Assembly (NCBI GenBank): GCA_963693365.1 | Contig: CAVNZM010000002.1 | Coordinates: forward strand, 1,550,001 to 1,614,000 | From: Amoebidium appalachense | Taxonomy: Eukaryota > Protista > Ichthyosporea | DNA: 64,000 bases | Direction: 5' to 3' | In this document: piece by piece, positions 31,301 to 50,899 of the stretch | Position numbering within the stretch: the first letter of the stretch is position 1 | Layout: each line of letters begins with the position of its first letter | Notes under the pieces: generated by a model | Databases searched by the model: none | What the model saw: only the letters and a program-made list of their open reading frames with translations | What the model was told of the DNA's origin: nothing | Made by a program: the position numbers and the translations under genes

Positions 31301-32140
31301 ACACACTTTTGACGCCAATCCGAAATTCCGAATTTTGGCCCACAAGAGAAATTTTGATGGGGGTCAGCATATCACATTTACCAATCAAAATCAGAGTTGA
31401 AAAGAAAACGGCGGGAAAATGAATCCGACCCAGGCTACAACAGGGAACGGTTTCAATCCTGACGTGCGCGTTGTGAGGGGCTGGGCCAGCTGGCCCGCTG
31501 GGCCCCGGTCTGCCGGTCGGACTGTCGGACTGTCTGTCTGAGTGAGTCTAAGTGGCGTGTTTACCACAACAAACCGTTGGGACACATTTTAGTGTTACCA
31601 ACACTTGACCAAGCCGTGGGCGCGTGGGCTAGCTGCCTCCAATTCAACAAACGTTTACCCTTGCTTGTTTCCCTGACGGAGCTGTAGTTACGGTAGCTAT
31701 AGGCGAGGAAAAGGCTGCTCGGATCCTGGACGTGCAGGCCTTAAAGCTGTCGTTGCAGTTCTATACTGTGTTTATACCCCCTCCCCCCCCCCCTCTTCCC
31801 CCCCTCCCCACCCCACCCCCACCCCAACCCACTCACCCACCCACCCACCCATCCCAGGCCCAGGAAAGAAAAAAAAAAAGAAAAAAAAAAAAAAGAAACT
31901 ATACCCTACCCTCAGGTAGTCGCCACCCCTTCCCATTGCTCCCAGCTTGATAGTTTCCCGGTGACTGTGAGTAAGTTCACCTTTAGATTGTTTTGCCGTC
32001 AATTTCAGACACGAAAGTATTCCAACACGTACACACACAAACACACACACGCACGCACGCACAAACACATACACATACACACACACACACGCGCGCGCAC
32101 GCACACACACACGCACGCACACACACACACGCACGCACAC

Positions 32141-32235
<95 letters not shown>

Positions 32236-33203
32236 CCGTCGCCCTTCTCAAGGATATCGTTCGGCCCCTGCCAGCAAGAACTGATACAGGTAGCTGAATA
32301 CGAACCTTGCCATGCCACTTTCACACACACAGATGTGTATGCACACAATGCCACACCGTGGCATGCTGCAAACCTTGGTGTGTAGGACCCACCTACTTCC
32401 AGAGAAATCCACACCCCTTTTAATCACACTCATATACACACACCACGCGGAATTCGAAAAAAATTAAGTAAGAACAACGGGACACACAAAACCAGTTGTG
32501 CATTAATGTTACAGGACGAAAACATTCACATGAATACGCTACAATAACAATAGAGCAGGTTTCTCGGCACTTTGGATCATTTGTTTTGATGAAAGAACGT
32601 TGCAACCCAGAACCCCCCACCACCACCACCACGCCCACACACACCACCAGCACATGCACACTAACACAACGAGCGCCTATTGGCATGGTTCAAACACACG
32701 GGGCCCACACACAAACTTCAGTTTTCGCACTTCTTTCAGTGCACTGCACTTTGGCATGAAGGGTTCCGGATGTGTTCCGGACTGCCGGGCACCATGATGA
32801 TCTTGAAACACATCTCGAGCAATCGGCTGGCACAATGCCAACCATGTTTAGTGTATGCACCTGCTTTCCCGTTGCCGTGTGCTTTCCCCCGAAAGTGTTG
32901 ATATGCTGGTGGTGAGCGTGGCTGAAAACCTTGTGTTGTAGAAATAAGAGTCTGAAAGCAAAGTGTGTGGGCAATTCTTGACCCCGGCCAGAGCAAACGT
33001 GCAGACCGGGGATTGAAGAGAGAGAATTGCAGACCAGAAATGCTGGAACCCTTGCTTGACAACAGGTGGGGAGCGAGAGTATATATTTATCCAGTGAAAA
33101 GGTGGGGGAAGGGAAGGGAAGGGGGAGGGGGGAGTAGGGTACACCCTGTGAAACTGGCGAAAGGAAATAAGATGGCCGTGGAGAGACTGTATGCACTGGG
33201 GCT

Positions 33204-33234
<31 letters not shown>

Positions 33235-33521
33235 GTTGGCTAGACAACCATGAGAACCCAGGCTTTACTGACAAACAAACGGCAAAGTACACCTGATGTT
33301 ATTCCAAGACTTGGTGCCCACCCACAAGCACAGCACGGGTGATATATAGTGTTGTTGTTCTTCCCTAATTACAAAAACATATATTTATCGTGAAAAAGCT
33401 CTTGACCCTGCAGATATGTCTACAATAGAAATGCGAAGCGCGTAGGCTCAAAAGAACCACCAAATTTTCACCACCTTCGTGAGTATCCTTCAACTGGTCG
33501 AACTGCACAACACGAACTACT

Positions 33522-33968
33522 TTACGAGAGTTCAGGCATTCTAAGCGCTTCCTTACGCTCGTTCTTAGAGTACTCGGCAAGCATCTTAAAAACGTCGTGG
33601 TTGTGTTTCTCCGGCACCTCTTTCTTGCCGGTCACCCAATAGAAGATGTCCCAGTCGTTCTCGTCGAGCAGTTTATCATACTGGTGCAGTTGCTCCAGTG
33701 TTAGCTTATCAAGGTAGGCGCCAGCAAACGTGCTCAGCAGCAAGCAGTTCTCAAGCATACCGCGCTTTCTGCTCTGGTAGACAAGACGCCTCCTCTTCTT
33801 TTCAATATCTTCGTTGGGGCGGGGGAGGGGTTGTGGTGATGGGAAGTTCACATCTTGAAAGAAGCGCCGGGGCGACACTGCGACGAGCGGTCGTGCCATG
33901 GCCGGCAGAAGAGTGCGGCCTGTTACTGCGCGCGCAGACTGCGCTAGCCTGAAAACGTGACCCGACAT
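33522..33968 (-). CDS. SDHAF2: Succinate dehydrogenase assembly factor 2 (Sdh5), mitochondrial, intronless, 148 aa
   Basis: Arg/Ala-rich presequence, then KKRRRLVYQSRKRGMLENCLLLSTFA..YDKLLDENDWDIFYWVTG (RGxxE motif of the Sdh5/SdhE family). ATG at 33968. Confidence 0.96.
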   Translation of the reverse strand: MSGHVFRLAQSARAVTGRTLLPAMARPLVAVSPRRFFQDVNFPSPQPLPRPNEDIEKKRRRLVYQSRKRGMLENCLLLSTFAGAYLDKLTLEQLHQYDKLLDENDWDIFYWVTGKKEVPEKHNHDVFKMLAEYSKNERKEALRMPELS

Positions 33969-34824
33969 TTCTCCTTTCTGTGTGCTAAGCAACTACTGTG
34001 AGTCCTTGCCCACAACTATGAAACTAAACTTCGTTGCCTTTCCTTTCCTTGCACACCCGCGTGGCTTCAACTTCGGCTTCGGCTCGTCATGCATGCGTCA
34101 TTTGAGCTTTTGTGCATATTTTGCGCAACATTATCCAATCAGCTGCTTGAGTGAATGATCTTATACGCGGCGCTTGAACTGTGAGCCATCGGTTCGGGTC
34201 GAGTCTCCAACTCGGGTCAAGATCGGATTTTCAATCCTTGATGCTGATTGGACAACGGTTTTGATTGGGTTATCCGGCACCACCGGGTACCCTCTGCACG
34301 CACTTTCAAAAAATAAAAAGTAAACTGAAGAAATGAATTCGAAGTTGAAAAGGAAAAGAATAAGTGACGGGATAAGCATGGAAGGAGTAGGGTTCATGCA
34401 TACAACCAAAAGCACACCTAGCACTTAAGATAATATAGCTAGTTGTATAGTCTTAACGAGTTCTTCGTTTTGGCAACGCGCTCCGAGGCTCACGTGCATA
34501 AGCAAGATAAGCCCACGATTTTGGTAGCTAAGCGTGCAGGCCTTTTGTACCTCTGCTTTACCTTTCAGCAACCCACGTGCAAGCTGGTACAGTTCTAACC
34601 CAGGTTTAAGGTTAAGGGTTTAGGTAGACACGAAACTGCCTCAAAGATTTTAGGCTGCTGGATAGCTTTTCTCCCAGGGCTGACGATTAGATCCGAGCCC
34701 GATGATAGAAAGCCTCAAAATCCTCAAACGGTTTGAAGGTTTAGTATCAATATACACAGGTTTCTGCAATTAAGTTTTTACGCCCTACAAACATTTGGCA
34801 GAACGGGTGAATCCCCTTACAACC

Positions 34825-41281
<6,457 letters not shown>

Positions 41282-41379
41282 GTAATTAGCCATTGTCTGG
41301 TGTTGCCTGTTTCTTTTTTCTTTTCTTTCTTTTCCTTCTCTCTTTCTTTCTTTTTTTTGTGTGTGTGTGTCTGTGTCGG

Positions 41380-41461
<82 letters not shown>

Positions 41462-41638
41462 GGGGGGGGGGAGATGAATATTCTGGTTCGCTTGAATCAA
41501 CAGCTTTCTGTACGAGTAATGGTTTGAGAGACTATATACTCACAAAACTGCCGGTGCTATCCCATTAATAATATCCAATAAATTGACCGTTTTTGTTGCC
41601 GTAGTTCAGATAGCATTCAAAATTCCATAAGGATGGAC

Positions 41639-41669
<31 letters not shown>

Positions 41670-43576
41670 GAGGGGGGGGGGGGGGGGGGGGTGGTTATCG
41701 TTGTGTAATAGCGATAGGCTTACATAGAATTGTACATAGTTATGTAGTGACCGACAGATAGTCAGCGTACTGCTTTTACCGGGGAGTGGCTGGGATAGCT
41801 TTCGCTTGTAGTAGGTTGGGTATGAGTGATGGCGGTGATGGACTTTGTGTGTTTGGCGACCGTGTGTGTGTACTACGGATATGTACTGGGAGTTACGTCA
41901 ATGAATTTAGTTGTGCGCCATCTCTACGCTAATTGTTGTAGTTAACAGAAGCTTGTATTGTTAAATTAAAGATTCACAGCAATGAGCTGTCGGCCTATGT
42001 TTCTTAGTGTTGGTATTGATAGTCGGAATCACGTTTTTATAAAACAATTAAAAAAGTAGGAATATTCCTGTGTGTAGTGCGGCCTTGTCTATTCCTACTG
42101 CTGTGAGAGTGTGGGGACATCTCCCTTCCGCGGAGTTTCTCGCTTGAGGAGTGGTTTCTTCGACATCTGGTGGCCCACTGCAACTTACGGTGACTTCTAC
42201 ACGCTATCTACGCTTCTACACTGAGATTTTGGCGGTGGGCTGCTTCAACTTCTTCAACTGCTTCTGCGCTGCGTGAGTGGAGGGGTAGCTACTGGGTCGT
42301 CGAGGAGCTTTCCTTGTGGCTGCCGTGTTTTCAGGAAGCTTCATTCAGCAGTATGGCAATGACTGGGTTTGCTTGTGTGCATTCTGTAGTTGTGTTTTCC
42401 TGTGTGTCCTGCCACAACTAGGCCACCTTATCAAAGAGCTAGAGACAGCTTCTGCGGGTTTTCTAGTGGACGGGCCCGTGGGGATTGTTTTCTCGCTCGG
42501 ATTTGGTCTGCATTGCTCTTTAAAGGGCTGACTTGCTTGCTGTGCCCCGGTAGGTTTTGTGGGGGGCCTGTTGGGGGGCAGCAGTAATGATGTCTTCTTG
42601 CGGAGTGGGGCCTGGTCATCATCGCTGCATACGACTAGTTGGAGCAAACTAGTTTCACGCATACACGTGCACTTGTACCTTGTCCGCTGGTGTCCTTTGG
42701 TCACTTATTGTTTTATTTTTTATTTCATCGCTGTGGCTCTTTCGAAGTGGGTTATTTTGGTGGTCATGTAGCCTGTGGCTGCACGTTGCCTTCATATCCA
42801 CGGGACCACTGATCAATAAATCCCAGTCAAGAGAAAAAAAACTATTCCTGGTTGTTCTTCTGATTACGTGGAAATTTTGATTGCGTGATCCTGTGTATCC
42901 AGATCTTGCCGAATCACGCAACATGAAGTCTCAAACGATAGTAAATTCCTACGAACAATACTTGTGCCTGTGTGCAACAATCTAAAAATGCCTGTGCTGG
43001 CCCATGCCGTGCTGGCCCACATGGATGTGTACATCTAGGAAAAACATGCCATGTGGGTCTCATGTGACTGACGTTTATACGGTGCGCACCGTCGGCGTCA
43101 CATCCGTGCCGGCCACGACGGGTGATGGCTGCGAGATCTCAAACTGCACTGCCGGGATGCCAACATTCATGATTCAGCCGTGCTACTAGTACTAGCTATG
43201 GTTGGTTGCTGCCTGATAGTATGAACATGCATGGGCAGTAGGCACACCTTTTGGTGTTTGGAACTGTGCACGACAGAGTGTACATGTGCCGGGGCAGGGA
43301 CCCGGTGGCGCGTGCCGCGACCCCGCGGCATTTTCACGTGTTTTCGATGCAATAAACAAACCATAAAAGGCAAATCCGCAATTCTTTTATGTGTCTTGAT
43401 TGGCTGTTGATGAGGTACTCGCCAGTGATTGTAAAGCTCAGAACGCGGCTCATTCGGACAAGACTTTTCGTCGCGTTCAACAGAAAAAGAGTTCACCTTC
43501 AGGTTCCAACGGTTCGCAACTAGTTGTGATATCGTGGCACACACTCTTTCTTTTTGAAGAGAGAATACTTAGGAAC

Positions 43577-44952
43577 ATGGCCGGCAAAGGACAGACAGAA
43601 TCCCCAGTAATGGGAACGCTCTCAGGTGAGGCTTCCTAACTTGTTTTTTGTTTTTTTTTTTTGGAGGGGGAGGGGGGGGAGAGGGGGGGGGGGGGGGGGG
43701 GGGGAAGGGAGGGGATGGCGGCAGTCAACGGGCTATATGCTTATGCAGACTCGCTGAGTGCCTGCAGGCATTATGTCGCAGCTGGGCGGCCTGGTGCTGA
43801 TGCGAGTACTAGTGTTTGTGTGTGTGCTGTTGGGTGGCTTTGTGCATGGGCTGCCCACACGTGTAAAACTTGAGTTGACTGGTGTGTCCCACTTGTGCCT
43901 GTGGGAACTCAGGCCTCTACACGTAACGTACGCTCGATGTGTCCTAACATTTTGCTTGCACACTTTCCGTTTTTGCAGCACGCAACCTACTCGGAGTTGA
44001 CAAGGGGTTGTGCGAGTACTAGTGTGTGTGTGTGTGCTGTTGGGTGGCTTTGGGCATGGGCTGCCCACACGTGTAAAACATGTGTTGACTGGTGCGTCCC
44101 ACTTGTGCCTGTGGGAACTCAGGCCTCTACACATAACGTACGCACGATGTGTCCTAACACTTTGCTTGCACAGTTTCCGTCCTTGCAGCACGCAACCTAC
44201 TCGGAGTTGACAAGGGGTTGAAGGAGCAACTTTACCTGGGAGCAGCGACCTCTGACCCCTACTGTATAATTCGTGTCGGGGACCAATCTGCACGCACACC
44301 CACTGTGCAGAAATGCCTTAACCCAACCTGGCATGGAACAGAAACCTTCAACCTCTTTAGGGACCAGGAAGTGCCTAACGTATTTGTGGAGGTGTGGGAC
44401 GAGAACGTTGGCTACCCAGATGCAAAGCTAGGAACAGTGGAGATTTGTCCCATCCAAGTGGTGGAAGGCGCCGAGCACTCCTTGGATGTTTGGAGAGTGA
44501 CAAGGGGAAATTCGGGAGAGGTGCGTGTGAGAATAGAGTACACTCAGTCCGGGCTTGTCACTCAAAAGGGAGATGTGGTCGAGTTCGAACCCTACGCCTT
44601 GGCTAGATATGGCGCTGTGCATCCTGCGCAAGGGACAAAGTGTGAGGTCAAGGATGTGTGTGGGGATGTCCTCCTTTTGCAATATCGGCCCAAGGAAAAT
44701 GGCCGATGGATCGCTCTTGTACCCATTCACAGAAACTATGTTTTTGTTGTGCACCGCCCGAGTTATGTCGGTGACGTTCTCAAGGTGATCAACTACGTGT
44801 GGGAGTGTGTGGCGGGCACCAGGATATATAAGTGGGCGGACACGACGTTTATGCAGCCGGTGTATGCCATTGTTAATGCAAACATGAGTGTCGTGAAAGT
44901 GGGTGTGGCAACATTCCAGTTTACGACACGCACACTGGGAGTTACTTCGTGA
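43577..44952 (+). CDS. C2-domain protein, 2 exons, ~275 aa
   Basis: Exons 43577-43625 and 44174-44952 splice in phase to give GTLSVSVLAARNLLGVDKG..TSDPYCIIRVG..RTPTVQKCLNPTWHGTETF..VEVWDENVGYPDAKLG, a canonical C2 pattern. Confidence 0.9.
43801..44220 (+). repeat. 210-bp tandem duplication spanning the intron/exon 2 boundary of the C2 gene
   Basis: tgcgagtactagtgt... starts at 43801 and again at 44011; both copies end ...ggagttgacaaggggttg. Confidence 0.92.
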
Positions 44953-45522
44953 GTACATAGGAGCTCGGTTTTATACGAGATGATGTGTTTGACAGTGGAA
45001 AATCAGTATCCTAATTATTCTGTGGGCCTACATACCATGATCATAATGGGTTGAGTGCTTTGCCTCTTCATAAGTGAATACAGTAAAGATCTTCGGGGGG
45101 GATATAACCCATACCAAAACAGTAACCTATGACGTCTGTACCATGAATCATAGCCATTGCCGTACTAAGGCACAGATTACAGGATGCGGTTAGATATATA
45201 TATAGCTTACACGTCACTTGGTATGCACCGTTGATTAAAAACATAAGTCCTCTGCACATATGTTGTATCCCTTATGCATACGAGCACGTACAGTTATCCT
45301 CAATAAGTATCGTCTGGTAGGCAGAAAACCTCAGGAAAAAGGCTAAATATGGGTATACTTGAGCCAAGCAGACTGTCAGCAGCCTGAAAAATGCCAACTA
45401 TTTACTTACACGTGCCTGCACAGGATGCTTTCACCGTAATAGGTCTAAAAAAGGTCCTTGAACGAACAAGTAAATGTTGCGAGCGTGTCTGGAGGAGACC
45501 AAGATCTTTGAGGGTGTGCACA

Positions 45523-45586
<64 letters not shown>

Positions 45587-46984
45587 TGTGTGTGCGTGTG
45601 TCCTTGTGTTCGTTTGAGTGTTTATGTGTTCGTGTGTGTGTGTGTGCGCGCGCGGGCGCGGTATGGTATAGTCAAGGGTTGCCGGGGGAGGGGGGGGAAG
45701 GGGGGGGGGGGGAGGGGGGGAGGGGACGAGAGTAGGGGAAGGGGCGGAGGAGAGAGAGGGGAGGGGGAACTTCGGCCTATAGGCCCTATACGGTTGAAGA
45801 AAGGGTCGAAGGGGGGACCCGGGGGGAGGGGGGGAGGGGGGGGGGGGGCTGCCACCTACTGAGATGGCTCCTTATTTTTCTTACACATTCAGCGAACACT
45901 GGACTCTATCGAACCGTCGAGGCGCCGCGACAGAAAGCATGCACGCGGTCGCGAGAGTGTAGCGAACGTAAAGTTCATTGCAGCGCGTGCACACCGTCAG
46001 TACGTGTGAGGGGGGGGGGGGGGGGGGGGAATTCAGGTAGACGTGCCATTCAATTCATCGCTTGTTGTATTTTTATTGAAAAATAACCTGAAATCTTTTT
46101 TCTCTTTCATTCTTTCACATCCTTCACCACCCTCCGCTTCTTTCCACTCTTCTTTCCCTTTTTCTTCCGACCAGTGCCGTGACAATAGTAACGTCACCAG
46201 AGGGTGCATGACGACAGTGGCCCGGGGCCTGTTGCGTAACACGCCGGCCGGAGAATTTACACTAATCTTATGACGAGCTGCGATTGGCTACCCGAATTTT
46301 GTCCGTGCTCCCATCATTTCGTCTTTAATATGACTTTAAACACCGTATCCTACCATGAAGCGTATCCTAGCCAACCGTTACGTTTTAAGTGAGTAATGTT
46401 TTTCCATCGAGAAACAAGGGGCCGTCTGTTGCGTGATCGTTCCCCCACATGCGAGTCGCCCTGTTTCGTAACAGGCAGTTGGTTGGTTGTCAGTTTGTTT
46501 GCCCGTGCGCAATTCTGATGTTCTTTCAACTGTCCCTTTGGTTTCTTTCCTTTTCTTTGCAAAAATATTCCGGAATTACAGTTTTATGCTACGTGTTGCG
46601 GTCGCTTGTTTTTAAGGAATGTACATTAATGAATGCCAACTGGCTTAGCTTGGTAGCTAACGGAAAAGTTCGTTATTTGAACCACCAGGATATTTTGTTG
46701 TGGTTTGCTATGGAAAGGAGTTAAATCATAATACAAATTACCTTGGCGCGAAAAAGTCAAACTGTTGCAGTTTTAATCAGAATAGGTTGCTTTGGTTAAC
46801 ATATTTGAACGTTTGGAAAACTGCGCCAGCCACCCATTTTATCGGCTGCGACGGTACGACTCGTCTTCCCTTCTCCATTCAAGCCAGTCACCTGTCCTTT
46901 CTCTCCATCGATACGTTCTTGTCACGTCACCTTTTCTTCTCTTGTTATGTTTTCATAGTACTTATCGAGTCTGCAAGCTCAAAC

Positions 46985-49376
46985 ATGGCCGACTCACAAT
47001 TGAAACGAAAGGGCAAGTCTACGGCCAAGAAAGACGCAAACGCCCTTGCCCAATCCCACCCACCCCCACCACCCCCGAAGAGAGAAACTCAGAGGCAGCT
47101 TGCCAAGCAAATGTCTTCTCCCCTGAGCGATGAACAAAGAGATAAAGTTAGGAAGCGTTTAGCAGAAACACAACGGAGGTTTCGCGACCGGCGTGCGGCT
47201 GCATGGAAGAGTTTAGCTATTGAATGTGAGACACTGAGACATGAGAATAATCGCTTGGCGCGCGAGATCGAAAACATTACGGGGAAATCGGTTTCTACGC
47301 ACTCCACAGGAGCTGCGGCAACGGAGATTCACAGCCCCTCTGCGTGCAGCAACTGTGAAAGCAACGACCCAAGGCGACTCATTCTTCCGGTCCACCCACA
47401 CTGCCGTCTGTATTGCTGTGGTTCTACTCGCCCCTTCTACCTGTGCATGGAATGTTACTGTGGTGTACACAGGCATAATCACTGTGCATTCTTCGTTTGC
47501 AGAACTAATCCAAACGCCGGTGCCAATAACTCAAATGCAACGGGGGACTCGGATGGAGGTGATGTTGTCAATGAATGCCCGGCGTGCAAAACGAGGGGAA
47601 GGATCAATTGTAGCGTCCCCAGGGAGTGTTTTTGCCCCCACTGTCCGTATTGTAGTTATGCACGCGCTGCGGACGAGGAGGCGAGGAAATCGAACACGAA
47701 CAACACGTTTCATGTTTGTAGAACCTGTCATACCAACTTGAATCTTGCGCGGCGGGGCACCAGGTATGCGGTGTTTGTTGTGGTGTAAAGCATATGCTGC
47801 CGTGTTTTTTTGCCATCTTTGGGAAGGTGGTTCTGTGTTGGTTTCTTAGATGTTAGTTTGTTTGCCAACGGATTCGTTGAAGATGCTGAAGTTAAGGTTT
47901 TTACTGGCCCTTTTCTGGGCACACGCACGTGCTCTTTTCATGTCTCCCCCCCCCTTCCCCCCTCTCCCTTTTTAGGACTAAGAAAGAGGGAGCGATAAGA
48001 CAGAGGGTAGAAAAAAAAGGCAACGAAGGCAAATATGAGAGTTTGTTGAATGTGTGAGTGCAACATCCACACCGAAAAAAATGATACACTTGTGTTTAGA
48101 CCGGAAAGCTAGGAAAGCCGGTCACTCCGAAACGGAAAACCAGTCACGCGTACACAGATCCCTCTTTTGGTGGGGGTTTTTTTTTTTTTTTTTTTTTTTT
48201 TTTTGTCATACCGTTTTTTCTAGGAATTAAGAAGCACTTTTTTTTTGGTCATTAATTCATTGAACTTCTTTCCCCTTCAGAGCCCGTTTAGAGCCGGGCC
48301 AGGAGCCGGGGATGCCACCACCGATCGACGCACGTCCGCCCGCCCAATATGTTCCCCAAGGCCCCGTCCCTGTGGGCATGCCCATGCCCATGCCTATCGG
48401 GGCAGCTGGGGAGGACCCAGCACTGAATCCAAAGGCCTTTGGCATAGAGGCGCTGTTGAGGGCAGACCGGTTGCTGAGCGCTGCAGGTGTCCCTAGGTGG
48501 GTATTTGGTGGGGGAGGGGGGGGAGAGGGGGGGGGGGGGGGGGGGGGTACACACACACACATGGTACACACGGTGCTCACATACACGCGTGCACACGCTC
48601 TCATACTCTTGCCCTTTCACACGCTCGCTCGCTCACGTTCACACTCGCACTCGCACTCAAACACATGCACATGACACACACACTCTTTCTCTTTCTCTCT
48701 CTCTCATACATTATGGTGCACACACACACACACATGCGGACACGTTTAACACCGGTTGTGTGCATGTGTTTGTGCATGCATATGTGTGTTTAATGTATGC
48801 TTCCATCGAATTCATACACCCCTTTAAATAAATAGCGACTTCATTGCACACTTTGCAAATGGATACTTGTGTATGCATTTATTTCAAGATGTAGATGAGT
48901 ATGCAATAATATGTGTAATATAGTACATGAAGAATGAAGGAGACAAGGAAGATATCAGGGGAGAAGGAAAAATCCATACATGGGGTGCGGGCACACACAC
49001 ACACACTAGTAGGCAGAGTTTGTGTGTACACAGTAAGACTGAAGGAGAATGCAATTACACAAGGTTGTTAGAGAACCCAGGGGATTGAATTCTCTCTCTC
49101 TTTTTTTTTTTTTTTTTTTTTTTTTTGGTGGTGGTGGTGGTGGTGGTTGTGATGGTGTGTGTGTGTGTTTGTGGTGGTGGGGGGGGGGGGGGGGGGGGGG
49201 GGGGGGGATAGTGGGACTCTGCCCCCTGGCCGTTTTACATCACGTTTCAGCATAGTTGAAATGCCCACTGTGACAAGTGGTTGGGTATGGAATCAGGACG
49301 GTGACGATGTGTGTTTCGGGCAACACCCCCCGTTTCAGATGCTCATGACTGTCCACTCATGCACATGCACACACAG

Positions 49377-49453
<77 letters not shown>

Positions 49454-49774
49454 CGGCTACCCGCACCCCAACTATTCGCCTGACTGGGCCGGACACCACT
49501 ACCCGCAGCACCCAGCACCCATGGAGGGCACGGCAGAAGTAATCCCCCCCCCCCCCCCCCTCCCCCCCCCCCCCTCCCCCCCCTCCCTCCCCCCCCCCCC
49601 CCCCCCCCCCCTTTCCCCCCCCTCCCATTCCCCCCTTGGTGAATGACGTGGGCCCCCCTGAGTATGATCTCCTCTTGTTTAGGCATACTCTTTGTGGTTA
49701 GCACTCTGCATTGAGTTGACCGTTGTGAATTGTACTTCGTAATCTATGGCACTTTCAACCCCTCCCCCCCTCCC

Positions 49775-49852
<78 letters not shown>

Positions 49853-49912
49853 CAGTTTTCTCAGTCTATGTTTTTTTTGGTTTTTTTTGGTTGTCGTATT
49901 GTATACTCTACA

Positions 49913-49996
<84 letters not shown>

Positions 49997-50459
49997 CCAC
50001 CCACCACCACCACCACCACTATCACTACCAACACGACAAAATAAGTCCATTGGATTTGTCCGTTGTCATCTTTCCTTGGTTGCTGGTGGGTCGGACCGGT
50101 TCATTTTTTGCCTTTTTCTGGAAAGCACTGTACATGTTGTCAAATGCTTACAACGTGAAAGAGGGAAGTTATAGTATTAGGGAGACGGTCTGAAAGAATC
50201 TCATCAGAGAGACTCGAAGATGGAAGCGGGAGAGAGCATGCAAGGGCCAGAAACGAGTTTTTGATGGTTTTGTTGTGAAGAGAATGGTGTTGTATCCAAA
50301 TACTTTAACTGATAATGTGGTGTGTCTGCAGAGCGCGACGGCCGATTCACCTGAACGGAAAGAGGGGTCAGACCATGAAAGTGCAAGCTCAAGAGGTAGG
50401 TGCTTTGTCTCTGTCGTTATATTGTTACGTGTGTGTGTGTATTGTTGCTATTTATATGT

Positions 50460-50503
<44 letters not shown>

Positions 50504-50627
50504 CTGCGGACCGATCACAATGCAGGCCGAAACAGCAATCACGTAACTGTGGCTGTGGCCCAAGTCACGGCGTTGTCCTTTTTTGTAACTTACCAAAATG
50601 GGACGGCAGTAAGCGGCAGGTGTGTGT

Positions 50628-50680
<53 letters not shown>

Positions 50681-50862
50681 CGCGCGCCTGCTTATGTTAT
50701 TAGTGTGGTTGTTCTTATTCTGAGCTTTGTAGCTTAGTAACCTTGACAGGCCTCTGCATACCCTCAGCATTTTGTGTCATAACCACTGTGGTTTCCCCCC
50801 CCCCCCCCCGTCCCCTCCCCCATATGTATGTTTGTAGATTCTGCATGGTGTTGTCCGTCGTG

Positions 50863-50899
<37 letters not shown>

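Noticed and set aside
34646-34722. Hammerhead-like arrangement (CTGACGA...GAAA closed by gattttaggct/agcctcaaaatc)
   Set aside because: The cleavage triplet would be CUG (not NUH), stem I is not flush with the core and stem II is poorly formed; probably chance or fully degenerate.
46700-46984. N-terminal extension of the bZIP ORF given in the ORF track
   Set aside because: It starts at a non-ATG codon and looks like UTR; the ATG at 46985 (aaacATGG) is the likelier start.
47305-47352. IRE1-type unconventional splice sites (CNGCNG) after the bZIP
   Set aside because: ctgcggc is not in a stem-loop and no paired second site is evident.
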